From a virus (taxonomy: Duplodnaviria; Caudoviricetes), in the IMG/VR virus record IMGVR_UViG_3300030104_001479, positions 1 to 59,951 of that record: DNA of 59,951 bases, one strand, 5' to 3'. Numbering within the stretch: position 1 is the first letter of the stretch; each line of letters opens with the position of its first letter. The notes under the pieces are model-generated. The model ran no database searches. It saw nothing but the letters and a program-made list of their open reading frames with translations, and was not told where the DNA came from. Below are positions 39,794-47,833 of the stretch, one piece after another. A program made the translations under genes and the position numbers.

Positions 39794-40661
39794 AGACACC
39801 TCCAAGGTTATCTAGAATTGATTTAGTGTCAGCAACAATCCGCTCACGCTCCCCTAAACTATTCTTTATCTTGTCAGGGGTAATGTTAGATAGCTTATCC
39901 TTAAGCTCAGTAGCTGCCTTGGCTATGCGTGGATCGTCAGTGATGTTGAGGTGAGGCAGAAGCTTAGCTAACTCAGTGACCTTCTCTACGGTGCTGTCCT
40001 TGAATCGTCCGATCACCTTGCCCTTAGCATCGTGTCCGTACTTAGCGCAGACCTCACCTAAGTGGCTGACAGTATCAACCAAGCGATCTTCGACAGACTT
40101 CATAGCGTCCTTGATGCAGTCATCTACATCAGTTTGTATGTCCACTCGTAACTTCTCGTTACGGTCATGAGAGAGATTGTCGATGCGGAAGTCATGAGTA
40201 TCAGGGACAAGCCTATAGGTCAGCTTCATAGTAAACCTGCCAACAATCTCTTCGACAGAAGGATAGTCAGCAGAATCAAAGGCATCACCTAGCCTACGCT
40301 TAGCACGTTCAATAGCTGCCTCAGCCTGATCTCGCAGGCTATCCTTAGCATCATTCCAAGCCTGCTCAGCGATGGCGTACTCATACTCAAGCTGATCCAT
40401 GAGAGCGTTAGCCATGATGCGCTCACCTACCTCCCATGCAGAGCCTAGTCGGTTGATTATATTGTTTCGAGTGTCCCCTTTAATCTTGGCTAACTCTGTG
40501 ATAGCAGGGCAATCGAGCAAAGTTTTCTTAGACTCAAGGGAGCTTGGGTCTGCCTTAACTAGGTTAGCCAGTTTACGGGTAAGAGTAGGATCATTTTTTT
40601 TGTTAGGAAATTCTTTGAACCTGAGCCTAACTAGTATGCATTTTTCTCTTAATGTAGCCAT
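39786..40661 (-). CDS. Helical protein associated with AAA/VWA modules (DUF3150-like)
   Basis: Start at ATG 40661; FDSADYP and LNITDDP motifs; sits between the AAA and VWA genes. Confidence 0.55.
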   Translation of the reverse strand: MATLREKCILVRLRFKEFPNKKNDPTLTRKLANLVKADPSSLESKKTLLDCPAITELAKIKGDTRNNIINRLGSAWEVGERIMANALMDQLEYEYAIAEQAWNDAKDSLRDQAEAAIERAKRRLGDAFDSADYPSVEEIVGRFTMKLTYRLVPDTHDFRIDNLSHDRNEKLRVDIQTDVDDCIKDAMKSVEDRLVDTVSHLGEVCAKYGHDAKGKVIGRFKDSTVEKVTELAKLLPHLNITDDPRIAKAATELKDKLSNITPDKIKNSLGERERIVADTKSILDNLGGVYG

Positions 40662-40671
40662 GTTGTACCCC

Positions 40672-41763
40672 TTATTGGTTGTTGATAAATAAATCTTGGT
40701 TGGTAGTTTTATAGTCTCGATACTCTGGCGTATCCTTAAGCTCAGGATACTTAGCAGTAGCAAGCCTCACAAAGATCACGCCAAACTCTGGCCCTAGCAC
40801 CTCGTGACAGTAGCTAATACAGTTAGCCCATGCCTTGGGATAGTGTCCGTTGATAGCTTGATGAGCTAGGCTAGAGGTCAAGGCATACTTGATGCTGACA
40901 TCAGACACCTCAGGGCGAGCGCCCTTGCAGATATCACTCCAGTTAGGCAGTTCTTTGACTACCTTAAGAAACTTGCAGAATTCAGTCGTAACAGCCTCGC
41001 CTAGCACACCGTCAGACAGGTAGCCTTGCAGGACATCATCACTGTAACCGTATTGCAGGAAGTCGTTAGTCATCTCCCATGTGGCAGGACAGGCAAAGCC
41101 TGTGATGTTCTTAGCTTTGCTAGCTTCAATCCCATTGGGATACTCATGCACTAGGTCTGGTCTAAAGCTCAGGAAGGCAGCGATCAAGGGATTCCATCCA
41201 GAGGATGCAGCATAGTCAGCGAGATCATTAGCATCTGCGTAGATGCCTACGTCTATAGCTCGTCTGGTATTAGCCACATTAGGTGATACCCTAGAACCTG
41301 AGCTGTCTGCGAGTCGGTTCTGAGCAGATACGATTATCCATCCCTCAGGCAGGGTGTAATTGCTAGACACCTTACCTTCATAGAGTAAGGGCATCAGGGC
41401 ATTGACCATGTCACCTTCAGCCTTATCTATCTCATCAATAAAGAATACCCCATGAGCAGGCGTACCCTCTACGCTGAGGTCAGGCAGGAAATCAGGCGGT
41501 GCGAAAGTTGTCTTGCCATCTACGATGGTAGGCACACCAAGCAAATCCCATGCGCCATGATTAGCGATGTTGATAGACTCAAAGCCCCAAGGCTCGCCAG
41601 TCTCCTCAGCTAGGCGCTCGACTAACTGCTTAACGATTGCAGTCTTGCCTATGCCTGAAGGCCCATGAAGCCTGACAGTGTGCCGTACACCCCTAGAGAT
41701 ATCGACTTTAGTTTTAGTAATGAATTCGCTAGCAAATTGTTTAAGTGTTTTTAAGTATTTCAT
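40672..41763 (-). CDS. MoxR-type AAA+ ATPase
   Basis: Walker A GPSGIGKT, Walker B FFIDEID, SAQN sensor. Confidence 0.85.
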   Translation of the reverse strand: MKYLKTLKQFASEFITKTKVDISRGVRHTVRLHGPSGIGKTAIVKQLVERLAEETGEPWGFESINIANHGAWDLLGVPTIVDGKTTFAPPDFLPDLSVEGTPAHGVFFIDEIDKAEGDMVNALMPLLYEGKVSSNYTLPEGWIIVSAQNRLADSSGSRVSPNVANTRRAIDVGIYADANDLADYAASSGWNPLIAAFLSFRPDLVHEYPNGIEASKAKNITGFACPATWEMTNDFLQYGYSDDVLQGYLSDGVLGEAVTTEFCKFLKVVKELPNWSDICKGARPEVSDVSIKYALTSSLAHQAINGHYPKAWANCISYCHEVLGPEFGVIFVRLATAKYPELKDTPEYRDYKTTNQDLFINNQ

Positions 41764-41794
41764 TGGTTTAAGTTACCTTGATTGGTTGAAGTTA

Positions 41795-41812
41795 GCCCCT
41801 CCGAAGAGGGGC
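41795..41812 (-). other. Extra-stable C(UUCG)G hairpin
   Basis: GCCCCTC-TTCG-GAGGGGC on the - strand, intergenic, no U-tract. Confidence 0.7.
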
Positions 41813-41819
41813 GGTGTTA

Positions 41820-42011
41820 CTAGTGAGACAGGTGAGATATCACCTGCTCCTGAGTAGGCTCTTCTCCATGAATAGCCTTGTGAACAGAGCTGAAAGCCCT
41901 GATTACGGTTAATAACTGTGCGTCATTTAACACACGCTCTAATCGCAGCAAGTGGTTATCATCCGACTCGCGCAACTGCTTGCGTACAAAAAGTAATTTT
42001 GAATTGTCGAT
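41820..42011 (-). CDS. 63-codon ORF with non-canonical ATC start (or lost ATG)
   Basis: AAGGAG-N7-ATC GAC AAT...; open frame to TAG TAA. Confidence 0.45.
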   Translation of the reverse strand: MDNSKLLFVRKQLRESDDNHLLRLERVLNDAQLLTVIRAFSSVHKAIHGEEPTQEQVISHLSH

Positions 42012-42041
42012 GTCAATTCTCCTTTACTGGTTAATGGGAAG

Positions 42042-42191
42042 TTAAGTAAGTAATCCCAGAGCATCTGCGAATAGAATGCCGAAGAGCACACCCATGGCGC
42101 AGACCCCTAGAAATGAAACAAACTCGATTAAAGCTTTTCTCCTCGCAGCCTTACGCTGCTGTGATGGTTTGAATTTAAAGATAGGTCTCAT
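42042..42191 (-). CDS. Small membrane protein (49 aa, not in ORF track)
   Basis: Basic N-terminus plus one TM segment; GAGG RBS; ATGA coupling. Confidence 0.6.
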   Translation of the reverse strand: MRPIFKFKPSQQRKAARRKALIEFVSFLGVCAMGVLFGILFADALGLLT

Positions 42192-42499
42192 GCTGTACCT
42201 CGCTTAGTGTCCTCGCTATAGCCTCTGAGAGTGGCTGACATTACGGTCTTGACACGCTCGTGAGCCTTGAGGAATTGACGGCTAAGCTTGCGCTTCATAG
42301 CATCAGTATCATGAGTCACGCGAGTGAATTCGGTGACGGTCACATAGTGCTCGTTACCGTAGTATTCACCCTCTCCCTTAGCTTTGAGCCTGTCGATGAG
42401 CTGCTTTTTCTCTGCGTTAAGCTCAGCTATATCAGCAGCTATTTCTGCTATGCGATTTACGGCGTGATTATCCCAATAACTAGTGCCTTGGTCTGACAT
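42188..42499 (-). CDS. Hypothetical early protein
   Basis: AGGAG RBS before MSDQ at 42499. Confidence 0.65.
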   Translation of the reverse strand: MSDQGTSYWDNHAVNRIAEIAADIAELNAEKKQLIDRLKAKGEGEYYGNEHYVTVTEFTRVTHDTDAMKRKLSRQFLKAHERVKTVMSATLRGYSEDTKRGTA

Positions 42500-42598
42500 A
42501 TGTATTCTCCTAAGTGGTTGAATTAATTTACTATGGGCTATGCTTAAGACTCGAATCTCCATCCATCAGACATATCCCAGTTAACTTTGAATTCGGCT

Positions 42599-42715
42599 TT
42601 ATCTGAAAGCCTTTCCATATACCCCTGTTTTCTTAGCCTCTTTCTTACGGTTGATATGAGCCTTACCTCTGGCATAGCAGGCAGGCGGTTGGTTTTTTCT
42701 GACTTTAGTTTTCAT
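42599..42715 (-). CDS. Small basic hypothetical protein (38 aa)
   Basis: ATGA-coupled, GGGGA RBS. Confidence 0.45.
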   Translation of the reverse strand: MKTKVRKNQPPACYARGKAHINRKKEAKKTGVYGKAFR

Positions 42716-42873
42716 ATAATCCCCATAAGTGTGCCGATAGCCCAGAGCTGAATGCGCTGAGTAATAGTGAAGTGGATACCGTCTGACTCATCGATTCCTA
42801 TTTTCAAGGCTCGTGACCAGAGATAGAAGTGGTTGGTGTCTCTGATAATTAGTATTGCTAGAAATTTTTTCAT
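42712..42873 (-). CDS. Hypothetical protein (53 aa), first early gene
   Basis: GAGGA RBS; MKKFLAILIIRD... Confidence 0.55.
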   Translation of the reverse strand: MKKFLAILIIRDTNHFYLWSRALKIGIDESDGIHFTITQRIQLWAIGTLMGII

Positions 42874-42894
42874 GATGTCCTCAATGGTTGAATT

Positions 42895-43440
42895 GAAGTT
42901 CTCTCACTTTTTAACCTAAGAGGTTTATGCCCTCTCGCGCTTGGGATTCAGGGGTTACCCTTACCGGAGTACCTCGCGCCATTATCTCGTCACTCAAATC
43001 AGAGCGGTCTAAGACCCTTTCGATCTGAGTACCTTCGTTTACATCCGACCCCATAGCTGCCTCTAAGAAGGATAAATCGGCAACGGTTTAAACGGGGTTT
43101 ACTGTGTCAACTACATAGTGTGTCTCCATATATGATCAAGATTAAATAACCAAGCACACTCAAACGAATGCGCTTAGGTATTGAATCAGTTCCTCTAGCC
43201 CTCACAGATAACCGTCATCGTTATCAACTGCGTGAAACCACCTCATTGCACTCTGATCAAGTGGACTACTTAAAGTAGTCAAAGGATTCAAGAATCCAGT
43301 CTCCGAAGTCCCGCAATATACCCTGCGGTTGGTTTGCACATATTCAGTGTAGCTAACTGTCTCTCTGCCAATTAACCCTGAGGGTGTGGCCGCATCCCGT
43401 AGCAGTGTCGAAAGAAGCAAGTTATCCTTAACTCGATAAT
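42895..43440 (-). ncRNA. Candidate large structured non-coding RNA / 5' leader
   Basis: No credible ORF; many stems, several with G-U pairs only on the - strand; starts right after a sigma70 promoter. Confidence 0.45.
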
Positions 43441-43444
43441 GTGA

Positions 43445-43473
43445 ATGTTAAGCGATGTATCGACAGAACACAA
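43445..43473 (-). promoter_or_regulatory. sigma70-type early promoter
   Basis: TTGTGT N17 TAACAT on the - strand, with AT-rich upstream sequence. Confidence 0.55.
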
Positions 43474-43573
43474 CACATCATTAGATAAATATTTAAATAA
43501 TCTAATTACCTGCTAGACGATTAAGGTCTATATTTTATTCCATTCAATATGAAATAAATTTTATGACTAATAG

Positions 43574-43586
43574 AATCAATAACTTA
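43574..43586 (+). promoter_or_regulatory. IHF-binding site
   Basis: AATCAATAACTTA is an exact match to WATCAANNNNTTR, with an AT tract 5' of it. Confidence 0.6.
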
Positions 43587-43696
43587 GGTTGGCATTTAAC
43601 GATAGGGCTGTTATAGACCTATTTAGGTATTGTGAGTAAGGGTTATTAGATCGTTTAATCACGGGCTTCTGAGAGCCTCTGAGGGGCATATACTAT

Positions 43697-43725
43697 TTGC
43701 ACGTTAGTAGGATGGGGGTTATCTT
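43697..43725 (+). promoter_or_regulatory. sigma70-type promoter upstream of terS
   Basis: TTGCAC N17 TATCTT. Confidence 0.55.
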
Positions 43726-43757
43726 AGATTTACCTATAGAGTAGTGAGTAAGTAGAG

Positions 43758-44228
43758 ATGGCAGATAAAAAGGGTAAACTCAGCACTAAGCAATATCTAT
43801 TCGCAACCTTATGCGGTAGCACTAACCTCAGCATGACTGAGTGCTATAAGCGATCTTATGAGGCAGAGAATATGTCCCCTGCTAGTATAAGGAAGGAAGC
43901 TTCACGCCTAGCTGCTAGCCCCCATATCGCCCCCATCATAAAAGAGTATTCTGATAAGAAAGCAGCGGTTGCACATAGCCAAGCCCTCTCTCAGGCTGTG
44001 TCTGACAGAGATAGAGTGCTAGGTAAGCTTAGACACTATACCGACAATGCAGAGTCCGAGGCTAATGCCATACGAGCCACAGTCGAACTAGGGAGAACGT
44101 GTGGAGTGTTCCAAGATACTGTTGAGATTAAGTCAGAGAGAAGCAGTGATGAGATTCTGAACGAGTTGCAAGCTAAGCTAGACCAGCTCACTGCCATACC
44201 CACCGAAGAAACCGATCAAGTACACTAA
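43758..44228 (+). CDS. terS: Terminase small subunit
   Basis: LSTKQYLFA..YKRSY..ASRLA HTH-like N-terminus; ELGRTCGVF; upstream of terL. Confidence 0.7.
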   Translation: MADKKGKLSTKQYLFATLCGSTNLSMTECYKRSYEAENMSPASIRKEASRLAASPHIAPIIKEYSDKKAAVAHSQALSQAVSDRDRVLGKLRHYTDNAESEANAIRATVELGRTCGVFQDTVEIKSERSSDEILNELQAKLDQLTAIPTEETDQVH

Positions 44229-44248
44229 GCCAATAACCTTAGAGCTCG

Positions 44249-44320
44249 ATAGAGTTATACCTGATACCTCTATAGTGTGATACATGATACCTAATAGAGT
44301 GATACCTGATCCCTCAATAG
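44249..44320. repeat. Three tandem imperfect 22-23-bp repeats
   Basis: ATAGAGTTATACCTGATACCTCT / ATAGTGTGATACATGATACCTA / ATAGAGTGATACCTGATCCCTCA. Confidence 0.8.
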
Positions 44321-44570
44321 CCTAACACTTGACCCCTTTACCCCACCCCCCCCGACACACAGATGCCTACGCTATGCTATACACAGTATTCCACACAAAC
44401 GATTTTGTAATCTGACCCTTTTTACACAATAGATCGATAGGTTCACAGACCTATAAAAATTTTTTGCAAAAATCTGAAGGTGAGGGGTTATGCTGTGCCA
44501 CTGTTGACACACGATCTGTCAAGAGGCATCATATGCTACAATTATCCTAGTTATGTCTAGGTCGTACTAC

Positions 44571-44651
44571 TAGTACATTCTAGTTAGTATGTACTAAAAC
44601 CCCCCTTTGGTGGGGGGTTTAGCTTAAGATGGTCATAGCTAGTATGTACTA
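44571..44651. repeat. Inverted and direct repeat cluster upstream of terL
   Basis: TAGTACAT/ATGTACTA stem; AAACCCCCC/GGGGGGTTT stem; TAGTATGTACTA occurs twice. Confidence 0.7.
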
Positions 44652-44660
44652 GGGGGATAA

Positions 44661-46172
44661 TTGAATCTTACAGAATCCCAGTTGGAGCAGATTAAGAAGC
44701 TGCCTGCCTCTGAGCAGGAAGGCTTTCTTAGTTTATTTCAGGAATTAGATGAAGCTCGTTCCCGTGAGCAGTCAAGGGTAAGTTTTATCGGTTTTGTTAG
44801 AAGTATGTGGCCTGCGTTTATTGATGGTGAGCATCATAAGATTATGGCTGATGCTTTCGAGCGTATTGCTCGTGGTGAGTTAAAGCGGTTAATAGTGAAT
44901 ATGCCGCCCAGACATACTAAGTCTGAGTTTGCGAGTTATTTATTACCTGCTTGGTTTTTGGGGCAGTTCCCCGAAAAGAAGGTTATTCAGACGGCCCACA
45001 CTGCGGAGCTGTCAGTGGGTTTCGGCAGAAAGGTTCGTAACCTTGTCGATGATGATGATTTTAAAAAGGTTTTCCCAGAGCTGGCGCTGAGGGCTGACTC
45101 TAAAGCGGCTGGGAGATGGAGTACCAACAAGGGTGGCGAATACTTCGCTATTGGTGTTGGTGGAGCTGTTACTGGTAAAGGTGCTGACCTGCTCATCATT
45201 GATGACCCCCATAGTGAACAGGAAGGACAGAGTGCTGACCCCGCTGTGTTCGACAAGACATATGACTGGTACACCTCTGGCCCTCGCCAGCGACTTCAAC
45301 CGGGAGGAGCCATTGTTATCGTGATGACGCGATGGCATATGCGCGACCTGACAGGCAAGATTATTAAAGCATCTACCCAGCGAGAAGGGATGGATGACTG
45401 GGAAGTAATTGAATTCCCTGCGGTTTTTAACGAACGCACTAGTGATGAGAAGGCTTTATGGCCTCAGTTCTGGAAGCTACCTGAGCTGATTGCGTTACGC
45501 AACGAGCTACCCTCATCGAAGTGGATGGCTCAATACCAGCAGAATCCTACCTCTGAGGAGGGTGCGCTGGTTAAGCGTGAGTGGTGGCAGATATGGGAAG
45601 AAGACCATCCGCCTCACTGTGACTTTGTCATTCAGTCTTGGGATACCGCATTTCTTAAGACACAACGATCTGACTACTCTGCCTGCACTACATGGGGAGT
45701 TTTCTACCTTCCAGACGAGAATGGCGTAACACAGGCCAATATAATTCTTCTGGATGCCTACAAGGAACGACTGGAGTTTCCAGAGCTTAAACGTACAGCT
45801 TACGAGATGTATACCGAAGTACAGCCTGATGCTTTCATTGTAGAAGCCAAGGCGACAGGTATGCCGTTGATCTTTGAGCTACGGGCTATGGGTATTCCTG
45901 TTTCTGAATTCACACCCTCACGGGGTAACGATAAGATTGCTAGGGTTAACTCCGTAGCTGATCTGTTTGCCTCAGGAATGGTGTGGTGTCCAGAGACCCG
46001 CTTTGCGGAGGAAGTGATGGATGAGTTTGCTGCCTTCCCCGCAGGTGAACACGATGACCTAGTAGACTCTTCTACTCAGGCATTGCTTAGATTCCGTAAA
46101 GGGGGTTTTATACGCCTATCCTCTGATGAGCCTGATGAACCAATGTATCAGCGCACAGCAGATTATTATTAG
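44661..46172 (+). CDS. terL: Terminase large subunit
   Basis: MPPRHTKS Walker A, LIIDDP Walker B, MTRWH, SWDTA nuclease, HDDLVD. Confidence 0.95.
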   Translation: MNLTESQLEQIKKLPASEQEGFLSLFQELDEARSREQSRVSFIGFVRSMWPAFIDGEHHKIMADAFERIARGELKRLIVNMPPRHTKSEFASYLLPAWFLGQFPEKKVIQTAHTAELSVGFGRKVRNLVDDDDFKKVFPELALRADSKAAGRWSTNKGGEYFAIGVGGAVTGKGADLLIIDDPHSEQEGQSADPAVFDKTYDWYTSGPRQRLQPGGAIVIVMTRWHMRDLTGKIIKASTQREGMDDWEVIEFPAVFNERTSDEKALWPQFWKLPELIALRNELPSSKWMAQYQQNPTSEEGALVKREWWQIWEEDHPPHCDFVIQSWDTAFLKTQRSDYSACTTWGVFYLPDENGVTQANIILLDAYKERLEFPELKRTAYEMYTEVQPDAFIVEAKATGMPLIFELRAMGIPVSEFTPSRGNDKIARVNSVADLFASGMVWCPETRFAEEVMDEFAAFPAGEHDDLVDSSTQALLRFRKGGFIRLSSDEPDEPMYQRTADYY

Positions 46173-46173
46173 C

Positions 46174-46761
46174 ATGAAAGATTCAATAAAAGAAAAAATT
46201 AAAAAAGAAATTAGGTTATGGTCTAAAGATCAACTGGAGCCTCCAAACCCTGAGTTTAATAATTTGCCAGTATGTCCTTATGCTAAGAAAGCTTGGGCTG
46301 ATAAAAAAGTAGGTTTTGTTTTTAAAACAAAGCTTTACGAAAACAATATTATTTATAAATTTTTAGAAAAGTGGGATGATTCAAAAGATTTAATTATTGT
46401 TGTAGACATGAATTTTGTAGAAGATACAAAAGAATTTCATGACAATCTTGATGACATAAACGAAGATATCTCTGAAAATGACTTTGGAGACCAAGACCTA
46501 TGGGTTATGGGATTTCATCCTTATCAAGAGGTTAACGAACTAATTGATGATGGAAACTTTGAAGGAGAAACTGAAGAGGAGTATGCGCTCATCTTCATAC
46601 AAAGACTTTCCAAACTAGAAAAAGCTTCAGAAAAATTAATCTCTCAGGGTTACTATGAAACCTACTTTGACACCTACGAAGTAGAACAAATGTATGTACT
46701 TCGTAAAGAATATTACAGGAGACTCCAAAATGCGTGGATCGAAGAAAGCAGGGCCAGTTAA
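46174..46761 (+). CDS. Hypothetical protein (DUF1415-like)
   Basis: LPVCPYAK, GFHP and LIFIQRL motifs. Confidence 0.6.
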   Translation: MKDSIKEKIKKEIRLWSKDQLEPPNPEFNNLPVCPYAKKAWADKKVGFVFKTKLYENNIIYKFLEKWDDSKDLIIVVDMNFVEDTKEFHDNLDDINEDISENDFGDQDLWVMGFHPYQEVNELIDDGNFEGETEEEYALIFIQRLSKLEKASEKLISQGYYETYFDTYEVEQMYVLRKEYYRRLQNAWIEESRAS

Positions 46762-47833
46762 AAGAAGAATAATGAAAGGTGGAGGCATGGCGAAAAAAGC
46801 TGGGCCTAAAAAACGAGTCATGCGTGGTGGTGGCATGGCGAAGAAGTCAGGTCCAAAGAAAAAAATGATGGGCGGAGGGATGGCTAAGAAAGCTGGACCC
46901 GCCAAGAAGAAAGTTATGCGAGGCGGTGGTGCAGCCAAGAAGTCTGGACCCGCTAAGAAAAAAGTTATGCGTGGTGGCGGAATGGCTAAAAAGTCTGGTC
47001 CAGCCAAGAAAACAACGATGCGTGGCGGGGGCATGACTAAGAAGTCTGGCCCTAAAAAGAAAATGAGAGGTGGTGGTATAGCTAAAAAATCTGGTCCTAA
47101 AAAGAAAGCACGAGGTGGCGGGATGATGCGCCGCAATTTGCGTGATGAGGAGGCCAGAGTAATCAGCAGGCAAGACGATGCGGCTGATGAGCTTCGTAGG
47201 GTCAAGGCTCGCAAACCTAAGGATGCTGCCGAGCGCAGAGACAAGAAAGCTGAAACCCGCCGAGTGTCTGCAAGAGAGCGGGATGCTCGTGACGAGATGG
47301 GCAGACTACGCCGTAAAGCGGTAGGGCTTGGCATGAAGACTGGCGGTAAGGCTAAGAAAAAACAAGGATTTAATGACAAGCTAGATGAGTCTTTAGGAGC
47401 TAGAAATAAAACTAAAGGAAAACAGTCACTTAAGTCTAGACGCAAAGAAAGCGAAGGGATGGAGAAAGCAATGGGTCGCCGAAAGTTTGCGGCTGTAGGC
47501 ACAATGGACAAAGGTGATCGTAAGTTATCTAAGCCCAAGAAGGCTGCATCCAAGAAGACTGCTGCTAAGAAAACTAAGTCTAAAGTGGGTACAGCTAAAG
47601 GATTATCCGACAAGATTTCTCAGCATAAGCGTATGGCAATGGGCGAGAACGTCTTGACTGGCAAGATGATCAAGAAAGCCAAAGGTGGAAAGATTACTCC
47701 AACTAAGGCTCCGAAACGTGCGCCAGCTACAACAGGTGTGAAGATTAATATGGGCGCTCCCAAGAGCAAGACAATCAATGCTCGCGGAATGGGGGCTGCT
47801 ATCAAAGGTGGTCAATTCAGGACTAATACTTAG
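46730..47833 (+). CDS. Highly basic repeat protein (possible DNA-condensing core protein)
   Basis: AGGAG RBS; eight ~15-17-aa MRGGGMAKKSGP(A)KKK repeats followed by K/R-rich modules. Confidence 0.7.
   Translation: MRGSKKAGPVKRRIMKGGGMAKKAGPKKRVMRGGGMAKKSGPKKKMMGGGMAKKAGPAKKKVMRGGGAAKKSGPAKKKVMRGGGMAKKSGPAKKTTMRGGGMTKKSGPKKKMRGGGIAKKSGPKKKARGGGMMRRNLRDEEARVISRQDDAADELRRVKARKPKDAAERRDKKAETRRVSARERDARDEMGRLRRKAVGLGMKTGGKAKKKQGFNDKLDESLGARNKTKGKQSLKSRRKESEGMEKAMGRRKFAAVGTMDKGDRKLSKPKKAASKKTAAKKTKSKVGTAKGLSDKISQHKRMAMGENVLTGKMIKKAKGGKITPTKAPKRAPATTGVKINMGAPKSKTINARGMGAAIKGGQFRTNT

Noticed and set aside
43202-43420. 72-aa TTG ORF in the early leader
   Set aside because: Weak start, no recognisable protein features, and overlaps dense RNA stems; not fully excluded
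44249-44320. Mini CRISPR array
   Set aside because: Repeats are contiguous with no spacers; no cas operon (the PD-(D/E)XK gene belongs to the recombination block)
44504-44537. sigma70 promoter based on TTGACA
   Set aside because: No good -10 at 16-18 bp in either direction; kept only as a palindromic operator candidate
46636-47613. 325-aa antisense ORF
   Set aside because: Shadow of the repetitive Lys/Gly-rich gene, whose codons lack antisense stops
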